This document shows, piece by piece, positions 1-15,100 of a DNA stretch of 64,000 nt. Where the stretch lies: the NCBI RefSeq assembly GCF_009914755.1, contig NC_060947.1; one strand, written 5' to 3'. The DNA comes from the human T2T-CHM13v2.0 reference genome, Homo sapiens. The notes under the pieces were generated by a model that saw only the letters and a list, made by a program, of their open reading frames with translations, was not told the origin of the DNA and searched no databases. A program made the position numbers and the translations under genes. Each line of letters opens with the position of its first letter. Position 1 is the first letter of the stretch.

Positions 1-600
1 GTGTCTCCATTATCATTTGTTTCAACAACTTTTTAAATTTCCTTCTTAGCTTCTTCATTGACCCATTATTCATTCAGGAGCAGATTATTCAGTTTTCATG
101 TATTTGTATAGTTTCCAAAATTCCTCTTGTTATTAATTTCTAGTTTTATGGCATTGTGGTCTGACAAGATCCATGATATTATTTCAGGTTTTTTTTTTTA
201 ATGTTTTGAGACCTAACACATGGTCTTGTCCTTAAGAATGATCCACGTGCTGAGGAAAAGAACGTGTATTCTGTAGTCGTTGGATGAAATGTTCTGTAAA
301 TATCTATTAGATCCATGTGTGTGTAGTGCAGATTAACTCTATTTTTGTTGTTGTTGTTGTTGTTGAGTTTCTGTCTGGCAGATCTGTCCAATACTGAATG
401 TGGGTTGCTGAAGTCTCCATCTATTATTTTATTGGGGGCTATCTCTCTCTTTAGCTCTTATAGAATTTGTTTTATATATCTGCGTGCTCAAGTGTTGGGT
501 GCATATATATTTAAAATTGTTAATATCCTTTGGATGAATTGACCCCTTTATTATTGTATAGTGACCTTTAGTCTCTTCTCAAAGATTTTGTTTTGAAATC
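1..600 (-). mobile_element. Old L1 fragment, ORF2 endonuclease region
   Basis: Minus-strand translation [22 protein letters not shown] matches the L1 ORF2p EN domain; degenerate. Confidence 0.85.
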
Positions 601-1392
601 TATTTTTTTCTTATTCTTTTTGTATCTTTTAAGTTCAGGCATACATGTGGTGCAGGTTTGTTATACAGGTGAACTTGTGTCATGGGGGTTTGTTGTACAG
701 ATTATTTTGTCGCCCAGGTATTAAGCCTGGTACTCATGAGCTATTTTTTCCTGATCCTCTCCCTCCTCCCATCCTCCACTCTTTGGTGGGCCCCAGTGTC
801 TGTTGTTCTCCTCTGTGTGTTTATTTTTTCCCATTTATAGCTTCCACTTATAAGTGAGAACATGCAGTATTTAGTTTTCTGTTCATGCATTACTTTGCTA
901 AGTATAATGACCTCCAGCTCCATCCATGTTCTGGCCACGGAGATAATGTCATTTCGTTTTTATGGCTGCATCCTATTCCATGGTATATATGTACTCCATT
1001 TTCTTTATCCAGTCTACCATCGATGGGCTTTTTGGTTGATTCCATATCTTTGGTATTGTGAATAGTGCTGCAGTGAACATATGCGTACATGGGTCTTTAT
1101 GACAGAACAGTTTATATCCCTTTGGCTGTATACCCAGTAATGGGATTGCTTGGATGGAATGGTAGTTTTGCTTTTAGGTCTCTGGGGAATCAGCACACTG
1201 TTTCCTACAATGGTTGAACTAATTTAAGTTCTACCAACAGTGAATAAGTGTTTTTCTCCACAATGTCACCAGCATCTGTTATTTTGTTCTATTTTAGTTT
1301 TTTTACTTTTTAATAATAGCCATTCTGACTGGTGTGAGATGATATGTCATTGTGATTTGAATTGCACTTCTCCAATGATCAGTGGCTTTGAA
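601..1392 (-). mobile_element. L1 3' end (old L1PA/L1PB-like); continues at 5211-5500 and 5985-7105
   Basis: T-rich tail near 601-630, L1 3'UTR, and ORF2 C-terminal motif WMELEVIILSKV..EQKTKYCMFSLISGS. Confidence 0.85.
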
Positions 1393-1399
1393 AGCTAGT

Positions 1400-5209
<3,810 letters not shown>

Positions 5210-5534
5210 GGGTCTCTGGGAAATGAGCACACAGTTTCCTACAATGGTTGAACTAATTTACACTTCCACCAACAGTGAATACATGTTTTTTTTCTCTACT
5301 ATGTCACCAGCATCTGTTATTTTATTGTATTTTTTTACTTTTTAATAATAGCCGTCCTGACTGGTGTGAGATGATATCTCATTGTGGTTTGAATTGCATT
5401 TCTCCAATGATCAGTGACTTTGAACTTTGTTTCATGTGCTTGTTGGCCACGTGCACGTCTTCCTTTGAAAGTGTCTGTTCATGTCCTTGGCGCACTTTTT
5501 AATGGTATGGATTGTTTTGTTTTGTTTTGTTTAT

Positions 5535-5950
5535 TGACATGCAGTCTCGGTCTGTTGCCCAGGCTGGAGTGCAGTGGCATGATCTCCACTCACTATAACC
5601 TCCACTTCCCAGGTTCAAGCTATTCTGCTGCCTCAACTACGCTAGTATCTGGGATTACAGGTGTGCACCACCTCGCACAGCTAATTTTTGTATTTTATGA
5701 TAGAGCCAGGGTTTTCCATCTTGGCCAGGCTGGTCTTGAAATCCTGGCTTCCAGTGATCTGCCCATCTTGGCCTCACAAAGTGCTGGGATTACAGGTGTG
5801 CACCACCTCGCACAGCTAATTTTTGTATTTGATGATAGAGCCAGGGTTTTCCATCTTGGCCAGGCTGGTCTTGAAATCCTGGCCTCCAGTGATCTGCCCA
5901 TCTTGGCCTCACAAAGTGCTGGAATTACAGGTGTGAGGCACCACGCGTGG
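5535..5950 (-). mobile_element. Old Alu (AluJ/S-like) with an internal 135-bp tandem duplication
   Basis: Alu motifs GCCCAGGCTGGAGTGCAGTGG and CAAAGTGCTGGGATTACAGG; CTGG(G/A)ATTACAGGTGTG recurs at 5649, 5784 and 5919. Confidence 0.9.
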
Positions 5951-5984
5951 CGTGTCATTTTAGTGTTTTTTGTTTGTTTGTTTT

Positions 5985-6102
5985 TTGGTAAATTTCTTTA
6001 AGTTCTTTATAGATGCTGGATACAAAACCTTAGACAGATGCATAGTTTGCAAACATTTTCTTCCATTCTGTGTGTTGGTTGTTGTCTCTGTGGATAGTTT
6101 TG

Positions 6103-6133
<31 letters not shown>

Positions 6134-7105
6134 GCAGGAGCTCTTTAGTTTAATTAGATCCCATTTGTCAATGTTTGCTTTTGTTGCCATTGCTTTTGGC
6201 ATCTTCGTTATGAAACCTTTGCCTTTTCCTGTGTCCGGAGTGACGTTGCCTACGTTGTCTTCCGGGGTTTTTACAGATTTGGGTTTTACATTTAAGTTCT
6301 TAATCCACCTTTAGTTAATTTTTTTAATAAGAAGTGGTCCAGTTTCAGTCTTTTACATACAGCTAGCCAGTTATCTCAGCACCATTTATTGAATAGGGAT
6401 TCCTGTCTACATTGCTTGTTTTTGTCAACTTTGTTGAAGATCAGGTGGTAATAGGTGTGAGGTGTGCAGCATTATTTCTGGGCTGTGTATTCTATTTCAT
6501 TGGTCTCTGTGACTGTTTTGGTACCGGTACCATGCTGTTTGGATTACCGTGGCCTTGTATTATAGTCTGAAGTCAGGTAATATGATGCTTTTGGCTTCAT
6601 TCTTATTGCTTAGGATTGCCTTGGTTATTTGGGCTCTTTTTTGGTTCCATATGAATTTTAAAGTACTTTTTTTCTAATTCTGTGAGGAATGTCATTGGTA
6701 CTTTAATAGGAATATCATTGAATGTATGAATTGCTTTGGTCAATTAGGCCATTTTGCCAGTATTGCTTATTCCTGTTCACGAGCATGAAATGTTTTTCCA
6801 TTTGTTTGTGTCATCTCTGATTTCTTTGAGCAGTGTTTTGTAGTTCTCATAGTAGAGATTGTTCTCCTCCCTCGTTAGCTGTATTCCTAGGTATTTTATT
6901 TTTTTTTTTTGTGGCAATTGTGAATGGGATTGTGTTTCTGATTTGGCTCTGCGCTTGAAGGTAGTTGGTGTACAGAAACACTTCTGGTTTTTATACATTA
7001 ATTTTGTATCTTGAAGCTTTCCTGAAGTTGTTTATAAGATCAAGGAGCTTTTGGGCAGAGATTCTGGGATTTTCTAGGTATAGAATCACATGGTTTCCAA
7101 ACAGA
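5985..7105 (-). mobile_element. Old L1 ORF2 3' portion
   Basis: Minus translations [14 protein letters not shown] and [35 protein letters not shown]. Confidence 0.88.
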
Positions 7106-7169
7106 TTGTTTGACTTGTGTGAAAAACATAGTGGAGTAGAAGCAAACACGTGTCAGCAATGGAATAGAA

Positions 7170-7830
7170 AAATAAAAGTGCCCATGAATAAATTTAATTT
7201 GAATGTGAAGAACTAATATGAAGCAAATAACACAATCATTGTGTGGGATATGTTAAAAGACTTGAGGAATTGAGGAGTGGCTTTTTTTTTTTGATAGAGA
7301 GATTCTAAAATAGAAAGATGGCTATTGTCCCAGAGTTAACATGTAATATAAAAATAATAACTAGTGTCTCAACAGTAATATTTTAGCACCTGATCAAATG
7401 ATTCTGAAGTTCATCTGAAAGACCAACGTGTCAGAATTGATAGAAAAGGAGAAATCAATGAGGGAGGGCAAGCATTATTTCACATTTCAAATATAATTAA
7501 GCTACAGCAATTAAAATAGTGTAGTAGTGGTACAGGTATAAACAACTCAATGGAAGAAAATTAAAAGAAGAGAGTTACATACAAAATTGAGTGGGGATGT
7601 AGGTGATGATAAGAGCCATTTCAAAACAGTGGGTGAAACAGGGATTCAACAAATAATGTTGAGTTCCTACCACTTTAATTTTGTCCAGATGGATCAAAGA
7701 TTTTGAACGTACAATAATGCAACCAAAAACTATGAATGTCTTATGATATTGCAGTGGGTGAGACCATTGCAAGCATGACAGCAAACTCGTGAAGGAGGCA
7801 AGAAAATGATTTATGGAAGCGTATATAAAA
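7170..7830 (+). mobile_element. Ancient L1 (L1M-type) ORF2 remnant
   Basis: Degenerate L1 motifs (ATGATTCTGAAGTTCATCTG, AAGCTACAGCAATTAAAATAGTGTAGTAGTGG, TTCAACAAATAATGTTG). Confidence 0.6.
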
Positions 7831-7919
7831 CAGGTATTAAAATATTTAAGATTTATTTCTATGATGGTGAATTTTTCTGAAACACATTATTAGAGTAACC
7901 TGAGGCTCATATTCTCTAA

Positions 7920-8710
7920 CGCCACTGGAAGTGAAAGAAAGGGTGGGCGGGGAAAAAAGAAAAGTGCTTTGCAAGTTCATTTTCGTTGTCAGGAGCGCTG
8001 GTGGTTTACTCCACAGAGGCAGGAAAACTTCAGTCACGAGGCGAATACCCCACTCAGTGCGCATGCTGCACAGACCTGTTGGTGCCCATGTCTGTTGCTA
8101 TGCGTGTCTGTTGTTGCGCAGGCGCCTTGCTGCCCGTCTTGTGTCCGCACAGAGGTCTGCAAGGAGAGAGAGTGTCTTCATTCTTTCCGCCATCTTGATT
8201 CTTTCTCACTGACCAAGACTCAGCCGGTAGGTCTGCAGAACGGTGTTACTGGGAATTTAGTTGTGAGAGAATGTGTGGAGGAGCCAGCTGGCTTTGGACA
8301 GGTCCTGCGGCACAGTCTGTGGCTTCTGAGGGAAAAGGGCCTCGGGGCCGTCATCCAGCTCCTCCCAGGTCGCGACGCCACCATGGGACTTGTCCTGACT
8401 GGGCTGGGATGAGGGAGGAAGGTGGGCCGCAGAGGGGAGGGATTGCCTGAAGATGGGGCAAGTGCTGGGGGTGCAGTTAGCGGTGTTTGAGTCTCGAAAA
8501 CTCCTGGAACCCTCTGAGAGAGGACAGTTTCCAAACTCCTCAGTAGGGACGCGGGAAGGGACCGTGTGGTCAGTAACGAAGGGGCTTGGGAACTGGGAGC
8601 GCGGTGGGCTGGTGACTGTGGCCCCGAGGTCTGTAGAGTGCCTGGCAGAGGTGTCCTGTGAGGAGCATAACGTTCACTCTGTTTCACAATTTCTCACCTC
8701 CGCCATGGAC
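7920..8710 (+). promoter_or_regulatory. CpG-enriched PAGE2 promoter/first-exon region with NRF1-like and YY1-like motifs
   Basis: Locally CpG-rich compared with flanks; TGCGCATGC 8058-8066 and TGCGCAGGCGC 8115-8125 (NRF1-like), CCGCCATCTT 8187-8196 (YY1-like), GGGCGGGG near 7945 (GC box). Confidence 0.7.
8165..8226 (+). other. PAGE2: PAGE2 non-coding exon 1 (5' end approximate)
   Basis: Donor CCG|GTAGGT at 8226/8227 in the CpG region upstream of the ATG exon; resembles PAGE-family 5'UTRs. Confidence 0.7.
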
Positions 8711-9143
8711 ATCATAGGAAGGAATGGGCGAGGCTGTGCTTTCCAACAAGACTTGATTTTGAGAGGGGTGTGGGGGTGAAATGGGCCTAGCAAATCAGAG
8801 TGGGACAAAAGCAGTAGTCATTTCAGTTTCAATTCTCTGCCCGTTTTTTCCTAAATGTCTTCATGATGGAGAGTCTAATTGTGAAACCAAAACGCAGAAA
8901 TGTCCTCTGTCTTTTGCTATGGCGTTAAGGGGATTTCTATGCCTCTTCGACTATGATACAAACAAATCTGTCCTTAGTTTGATTCGAAAGCATGTGTACT
9001 TATCATTGCTCTGTGACTTAATTTGAAAATATTTTCAAAATTAAAAAAGTACAAATCACCATTTTGCCGTGGAATGTTCATATATATAACTAAGTTCTTA
9101 CACACTTTTTCCAAATAACAATATTCTGTTTGCAGTGGGAAAT

Positions 9144-9227
9144 ATGAGTGAGCTTGTAAGAGCAAGATCCCAATCCTCAGAAAGAGGAAATGACCAAGAG
9201 TCTTCCCAGCCGGTTGGATCTGTGATT
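9144..9227 (+). CDS. PAGE2: PAGE2 coding exon 2 (exon starts 9136): MSELVRARSQSSERGNDQESSQPVGSVI
   Basis: Acceptor TTTGCAG ending 9135, ATG 9144, donor GTGAGT 9228; peptide matches the GAGE/PAGE-family N-terminus. Confidence 0.95.
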
Positions 9228-9409
9228 GTGAGTCTTTTAACATTTGATGTTTTCTATTAACACAATTTATTTTAAAAATATTTTTGAGCTAGTATACATA
9301 CACTGATACAGGTGTTCCATGCTGATAAAAAATGATGATGGCATCTCATGAAGGAAACTTTGGTTCAGGAATACTATATTCTGGTGTTACCTGTATGGAT
9401 ATGGATATT

Positions 9410-9439
9410 TCTCTCTCTCTCTCTATCTCTATGTATGTA

Positions 9440-9489
<50 letters not shown>

Positions 9490-9530
9490 ATCTATCTATC
9501 TATATGTGTGTGTATGTGTTTATATATGTT
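9410..9530. repeat. Compound (CT)n/(TCTG)n/(TCTA)n microsatellite in PAGE2 intron 2
   Basis: Directly visible tandem units. Confidence 0.9.
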
Positions 9531-9624
9531 GGAAAAATGTCTTTAGATGTGTGATTCGATGCACATATGCATTTGTGTATTTATATTATTGACTTTTTAT
9601 TCACACACACACTTACACCCTTAG

Positions 9625-9733
9625 GTCCAGGAGCCCACTGAGGAAAAACGTCAAGAAGAGGAACCACCAACTGATAATCAGGGTATTGCACCTAGTGGGG
9701 AGATTGAAAATCAAGCAGTGCCTGCTTTTCAAG
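9625..9733 (+). CDS. PAGE2: PAGE2 coding exon 3: VQEPTEEKRQEEEPPTDNQGIAPSGEIENQAVPAFQ(G)
   Basis: CCCTTAG acceptor, AAG|GTGAAG donor; ENQAVPAFQ distinguishes PAGE2 from PAGE2B (ENEGAPAVQ, as recalled). Confidence 0.95.
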
Positions 9734-10454
9734 GTGAAGGGAGAGTGGAAAATAATGCTTATGGGTGGTGGAGGTCTATTTATGCATTGTATTTTATGAC
9801 ATACCAGTAACAGGAGGACAGAAAGCATTAGGAAGGAATCTTAAACATTTCCTACTGCTGCTGTGTGGAGGGGTGGGACAAGGATGCATAAAAAGCCACT
9901 AAGCTTTCCTACCACTTTGATGGAGGCTTTTTATTGATTGGGTATTTTCATGGTTGCCATAAACCTTTTTCCAGAGCTCCTGTATGCTTTGTTCAGCCAT
10001 TTTCTGTTTTTTGTTGCTGTGGAAGAATGGCAGCTTGCAGCTTCCTAGTCTGCCATCTGTGGACACGTCATGTATTTTTTAAGAAACTTTTTAACACACC
10101 TTTATTGATGCTTCCTCATACCACGTAATATACTAAGTGCTGGAGATGTCAGTGCCAAATTTTTGCCTAAAGCTCATAGTCTAGTCAGACTGACTCAAAC
10201 AAATGGCTGATTTAATGTGATAAGAATAAGAACAAATGAGTATAAAAGGGACAAGTAAGTTGTCTAGGGCCAGCCTTGGGAAAGAAAAGGGCAATGTTCG
10301 AATATCTCTGCTTTCCTGTTTTCCTGGCAGCAGATTCCTGAAATAATTAGCCTACCGGTTTTTATTTCATAATGATGAGGGAATAAATACTATCATTTCC
10401 TCGTTCATAGTTCATGTTTTAATTTGTAAATTGATGACCTTTTTATCTTTTAAG

Positions 10455-10580
10455 GGCCTGACATGGAAGCTTTTCAACAGGAACTGGCTCTGCTTAAGAT
10501 AGAGGATGAGCCTGGAGATGGTCCTGATGTCAGGGAGGGTATTATGCCCACTTTTGATCTCACTAAAGTGCTGGAAGCAG
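10455..10580 (+). CDS. PAGE2: PAGE2 coding exon 4: PDMEAFQQELALLKIEDEPGDGPDVREGIMPTFDLTKVLEA(G)
   Basis: TTTTAAG acceptor, CAG|GTTTGT donor, 126 nt phase 1-1; GAGE-domain motif GDGPDV. Confidence 0.95.
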
Positions 10581-10746
10581 GTTTGTTATTCATTTAAGAT
10601 GCAAACTATTGTATTTCTATTTTCACAGTATTTTGTGTGACACAGAGGTAAAATTACTGCTACTTTAATATCATACTTCACGTCTGAAGGTTCTTTGAAT
10701 GTAGTTCAGACCCCAAATGGCTGCCTTACACACTATCAGGGATAGA

Positions 10747-11045
10747 GGGCCAGGTGTGGTGGCTCATGCTGTTAATTCCAGCACTTTGGGAGGCCGAGAC
10801 AGAAAGATCACTTGAGGCCAGGACTTCCAGAGATGGAGAAAAATTGGGTCAAAGCTAATTGGATTACGATATGAAAGATATGAAACATGCTAAAACAGTA
10901 GATTTCAAGTGTCTTCACAGCTATATGAAGTAATGCATATATTAATTAGCTTGATGTAGCCATTTTACAATGTGTATATATATATATTTAAAACGTCATG
11001 TTTTACATGATAAATATATACAATTTTATGTGTCATTTTTAAAGA
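10747..11045 (+). mobile_element. Alu left-arm fragment (10747-10830) and L1M 3' end remnant (10880-11045) in PAGE2 intron 4
   Basis: GGCCAGGTGTGGTGGCTCATGC..CAGCACTTTGGGAGGCCGAG; TTAATTAGCTTGATGTAGCCATT..ATAAATATATACAATTTT. Confidence 0.7.
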
Positions 11046-11836
11046 AAGATGAAAACGTGTTCTGACTTTTAAATGTAAGTCATTTTACCAACAGCCAATA
11101 ATTTTCAAATATTTTTATAGAGGCCTGTTTTTAACAAATACATAACATGTTTATAATAAGCATCAGTTTATATTGTGATGTTAACTGTGTTGGTAATGGC
11201 TTAAAGCTAGCGTGGATATTCAGTTTACTGTATAAACTGAACTGCTTGTAGGCATGTAAAGAGGCAGGAGTACCCGTGAAAATAGTGACAAATGTTCGCC
11301 CTACTTAAAGCAACTACATGATGGCTACACTAGTCCAAAGTAACGTTTTTACACTTTTTCACAAGAGAGACAAAACAAATGTAATACTGACTTTTCTATT
11401 TCCTTCACTTAGGCCGTTCTAAGCATATTCTATATTCAGAGTGTCATTTCATATCAGACTATTTAAATGATACTTTAAAATATCTTTTTCCCTTAGGATT
11501 TTATTTCGTTGAATTTTCATTTAAAGTATATGTGTTTTTTTTTTTTTGCTTTCCACTTATACATACAAAATACACTTGATTTAATTCATTCTGAACTTGA
11601 ACAGTCTCTTCGTTTCCTTATTCTACTAGAAAAAGTGGCATGAATTAAAAATATTGTTAATATGCCTGGAAGTCTACCTTCAGAGTTTATTCAGAGGCTA
11701 ACTGGCTGTAAGCTAAAGGGTCACTCACCCTCAGGGTTCTGATATTAGTTCATCAACACGGTAGTTGTATACCTCTAGTGTCATATGAATAAAAATCTGC
11801 TGAGTAACGGGCCCTAATTTAATATTTATTTTATAG

Positions 11837-11853
11837 GTGATGCGCAACCATAG
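11837..11853 (+). CDS. PAGE2: PAGE2 last coding exon: DAQP-stop
   Basis: TTTATAG acceptor then GT GAT GCG CAA CCA TAG; exon sum 84+109+126+17=336 nt = 111 aa plus stop. Confidence 0.93.
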
Positions 11854-11930
11854 GTTTCAAGCAAGACAAATGAAGACTGAAACCAAGAACGTTATTCTTA
11901 ATCTGGAAATTTGACTGATAATATTCTCTT

Positions 11931-11936
11931 AATAAA
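11931..11936 (+). terminator. PAGE2 polyadenylation signal AATAAA
   Basis: AATAAA 77 nt after the stop codon, followed by T-rich sequence. Confidence 0.8.
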
Positions 11937-12094
11937 GTTTTAAGTTTTCTGCAAAGAATCCTTACACAGTTTTGTTAAATTTATTTCTGGATCTTTAATA
12001 CTCTTGAGAATTGTATCTTTTTTGAAAGTTTAAATCCTGTATTTGAGATGGTACATAGAGATAAAATGTTGGTACATTGATTTTCTATCATAGA

Positions 12095-12586
12095 TAGATA
12101 GGAACCTGGACGCTTTCATAGGGGGATGCCAACAGCTGCACAGATGGAAAAGGCCACCTGGGGCCAGGCATGTCCACCATGGGCTTTCCACCTCCTCGTT
12201 TTTAGCACATGCACAGTAAGAATGAAATGAGCAACATGGAGTAGCTCAGGCTGAGGACCCGCCTGCATAATAAAAGATTAGGTTGGGGGCTGCCAGAGAT
12301 TCACACCCTATGCAGATGGTACACCTGGTCCTAACCGGTTGTTTGTACCCTATGTAGGTGATCAGATACTACCTCCCCACTAGCTCATCTATAAAAACCC
12401 CTGCCTTTCACTGCTGGATGGCAACCGTTTTTTCTGGGACCCCTCTCTGTAGTAGAAAGCTGTTCTCTTTGTTTCTCCTATTAACTTTCTGCTCTACACC
12501 TCACTCTTGGTGTGCCCATGTCCTTGATTTCCTTGGCTGTGAGACCAAGAACCCTGGATGTTACCCCGGACAGCGAGGCCACTTCA
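12095..12586 (+). mobile_element. ERV1-class solo LTR (5' boundary uncertain)
   Basis: TATA-like CTATAAAA near 12388, LTR-type U5 end TTACCCCGGACAGCGAGGCCACTTCA. Confidence 0.7.
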
Positions 12587-13165
12587 ATACTAGCTGTGGG
12601 TCTGTGGTATATGGCTTTTATTACATTGAAGTATGTTCCTTCTTTCCCCGGTGTTTTGAGGGTTTGTATCATGATGAAATATTGAGTTTTATTAAATGCT
12701 TTTCAGCATCGATCGAAATGACTATATGGTTTGTATCCTTCATTCTGTTGATAATGATTTATCACATACATTAATTTGCATATGTTGAACCATCCTTCCA
12801 TCCCGGGGATAAATCTCACTTGGTCATGATGATGATTCTTTCTAGCGTATTGTTGAATTTGATTTGCTAGTATTCTGTTGAGGATTTCTGCATCAATATT
12901 CATCAGCGGTTTTGCCCTGTAGTTTTCTTTTTCTGATGTGTCTTTGTCTGGTTTTGGTATCAGGGTAATACTGGCCTCATAGAATTAGTTTCGAAGTATT
13001 CCCTCCTCCTCTATTTTTCAAAATAGTTTGAGTAGGATTGGTATTAGTCCTTCTTTAAATGTTGGGTAGAATTCAGTAGTGAAGCCATCAGGTCTGGCGT
13101 TTCTTTACTAGAAGACTTTTATTATGGCTTTGATCTTGTTGCTTGTTATTGGTCTGTTCAGGTTA
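12587..13165 (-). mobile_element. Old L1 ORF2 RT fragment
   Basis: [18 protein letters not shown]...[19 protein letters not shown]. Confidence 0.88.
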
Positions 13166-13167
13166 TG

Positions 13168-15100
13168 TACTGGTTTTTCCTTTTCATATTTAGTACTTCC
13201 TTCAGGAGGTCTTGTAAGGCAGGCCTGATGGTGACAAAATCCCTCAGCATTTGCTTTTCTGGAAAGGATTTTATTTCTCCTTCCCTTATGAAGCTTATTT
13301 TGGCTGGATGTGAAATTCTGGGTTGAAAATTCTTTTATGACTGCTGAATATTGGCCCCCACTCTCTTCTGGATTGTAGGGTTTCTGTAGAGAGATCCGCT
13401 ATTAGTCTGATGTGCTTCCCTTTGTAGGTAACCTGATCTTATTCTTGGGCTGCCCTTAACATTTTTTCCTTTGTTACAACCTTGGAGAATCTGACGATTA
13501 TTTGTCTTGAGGTTGCTCTTCCCAAGGAGTAATAGAGTGATGTTTTCTGTATTTCATGAATTTGAATGTTGGCCTGTCTTGGTAGGTTGGGGAAGTTCTC
13601 CTGGATAATATCCTAAGTGTGTTTTCCAACTTGATTCCATTCTCCTCGTCACTTTCAGGGACCCCAATCAATCATAGGTTTGGTCTTTTCACATAGTCCT
13701 ATATCTCTTGGAGGCTTTGTTCATTTCTTGTCACTTTTCTTTCTCTGATCTTGTCTTCATGCCTTATTTTAGTAAGTCGATCTTCAAACTCTGATATCCT
13801 TTCTTCTGCTTGATTATTTCAGCTATTGATACTTGTGTATGCTTCACGAAGTTCTTGTCCTGTGTTGTTAAGCTCCATCAGGTCATTTATGTTCTTCTCT
13901 AAACTGGTTATTCTAGTTATCAGTTCATGTAGCCTTTTATCAAGGTTCTTAGCTTCCTTGCATTGGGTTAGAACATGCTCCTTTAGCTCTGAGGAGTTTG
14001 TTGTTACCCATCTTCTGAAGCCTACTTCTGACAGTTTGTCAAACTCATTCTTCATCCGGTTTTGTGCCCTTGCTGGAGAGGAGTTACCATCATTTGGAGA
14101 AGAGGCATTCTGGTTTTTGGAATTTTCAGGATTTTTGCACTGGTTTTTCCTCATCTTGGTGGATTTATCTACTTTTGATCTTTTAGGCTGATGACCTTTG
14201 GATGAGGTTTTTGTGTGGGGGTCCTTTTGTTGATGTTACTGCTTTCTGTTTTTTAGTTTTTCTTCTAATAGTCAGGCCCGTCTTCTGCAGGTCTGCTGCA
14301 GTTGCTGGAAGTCCTCTCCAGACCGTTTTCCTGGGTATCACCAGTGGAGGCTACAGAACAGCAAAGATTGCTTCCTGCTCCTTGCTCTGGAAGCTTTTTC
14401 CCAGAGGGGTACCACCCTGATGCCAGTCAGAGCTGTCCTGTATGAGGTATCTGTCGACCCCTGCTGGGAGGTCTCTCCCATTCAGGAGGCACAGGGGTCA
14501 GGGACCCACTTGAGGAGGCAGTCTGTCCCTTAGCAGAGCTCGAGCGCTGTGCTGGGAGAAACCTCCTTGTCAGAATCTGCTACTCCCTTCAGAGCCAGCA
14601 GGCAGTAACATTTGTCTGCTGCGGCTGCGCCCACAGCTGCCCCTTCCCACAGGTGCTCTGTCCCAGGTAGATGGGAGTATTATCTATAAGGGGCTGCTGC
14701 TTTTCTTTCAGAGATGCCCTGCCCAGTGAGGAGGAATCTAGAGAGGCAGTCTGGCCACACCTGCTTTGCCAAGCTGTGGTAAGTTCTGCTCAATCCGAAC
14801 TTCCTGGCCTCCTTAACACTGTCAGGGGAAAACTGCCTACTCAAGCCTTAGTAATGGCAGACGCCCCTCCTCCCACCAAGTTCGATCATCCCAGGTCGAC
14901 TTCAGCCTGCTGTGCTGGCAGTGAGAATTTCAAGCCAGTGGTTCTTATCTTGCTGGGCTCCATGGGAGTGGGATCCGCTGAGCGAGACCACTGGTTCTCT
15001 GGCTTCAGCCCACTTTCCAGTGGAGTGAAGGGTTCTGTCATGCTGTGGTTCCAAGCTCACGCTTCCCTTGCCTGGGAAAGGGAGGCCGTCCAGCTCCTTG
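13168..15100 (-). mobile_element. L1 5' portion (5'UTR plus ORF1), older primate L1PA-type
   Basis: ORF1 MRKNQCKNPENSKNQNASS..EVGFRRWVTTNSSELKEHVLTQCKEAKNL; GC-rich 5'UTR 14200-15100. Confidence 0.9.

Noticed and set aside
5414-6001. 195-aa ORF with an internal repeat
   Set aside because: Antisense Alu translation through the 135-bp (in-frame) duplication.
7931-8779. Overlapping 93-155 aa ORFs on both strands
   Set aside because: Expected stop-codon scarcity in a GC-rich promoter; no recognisable protein.
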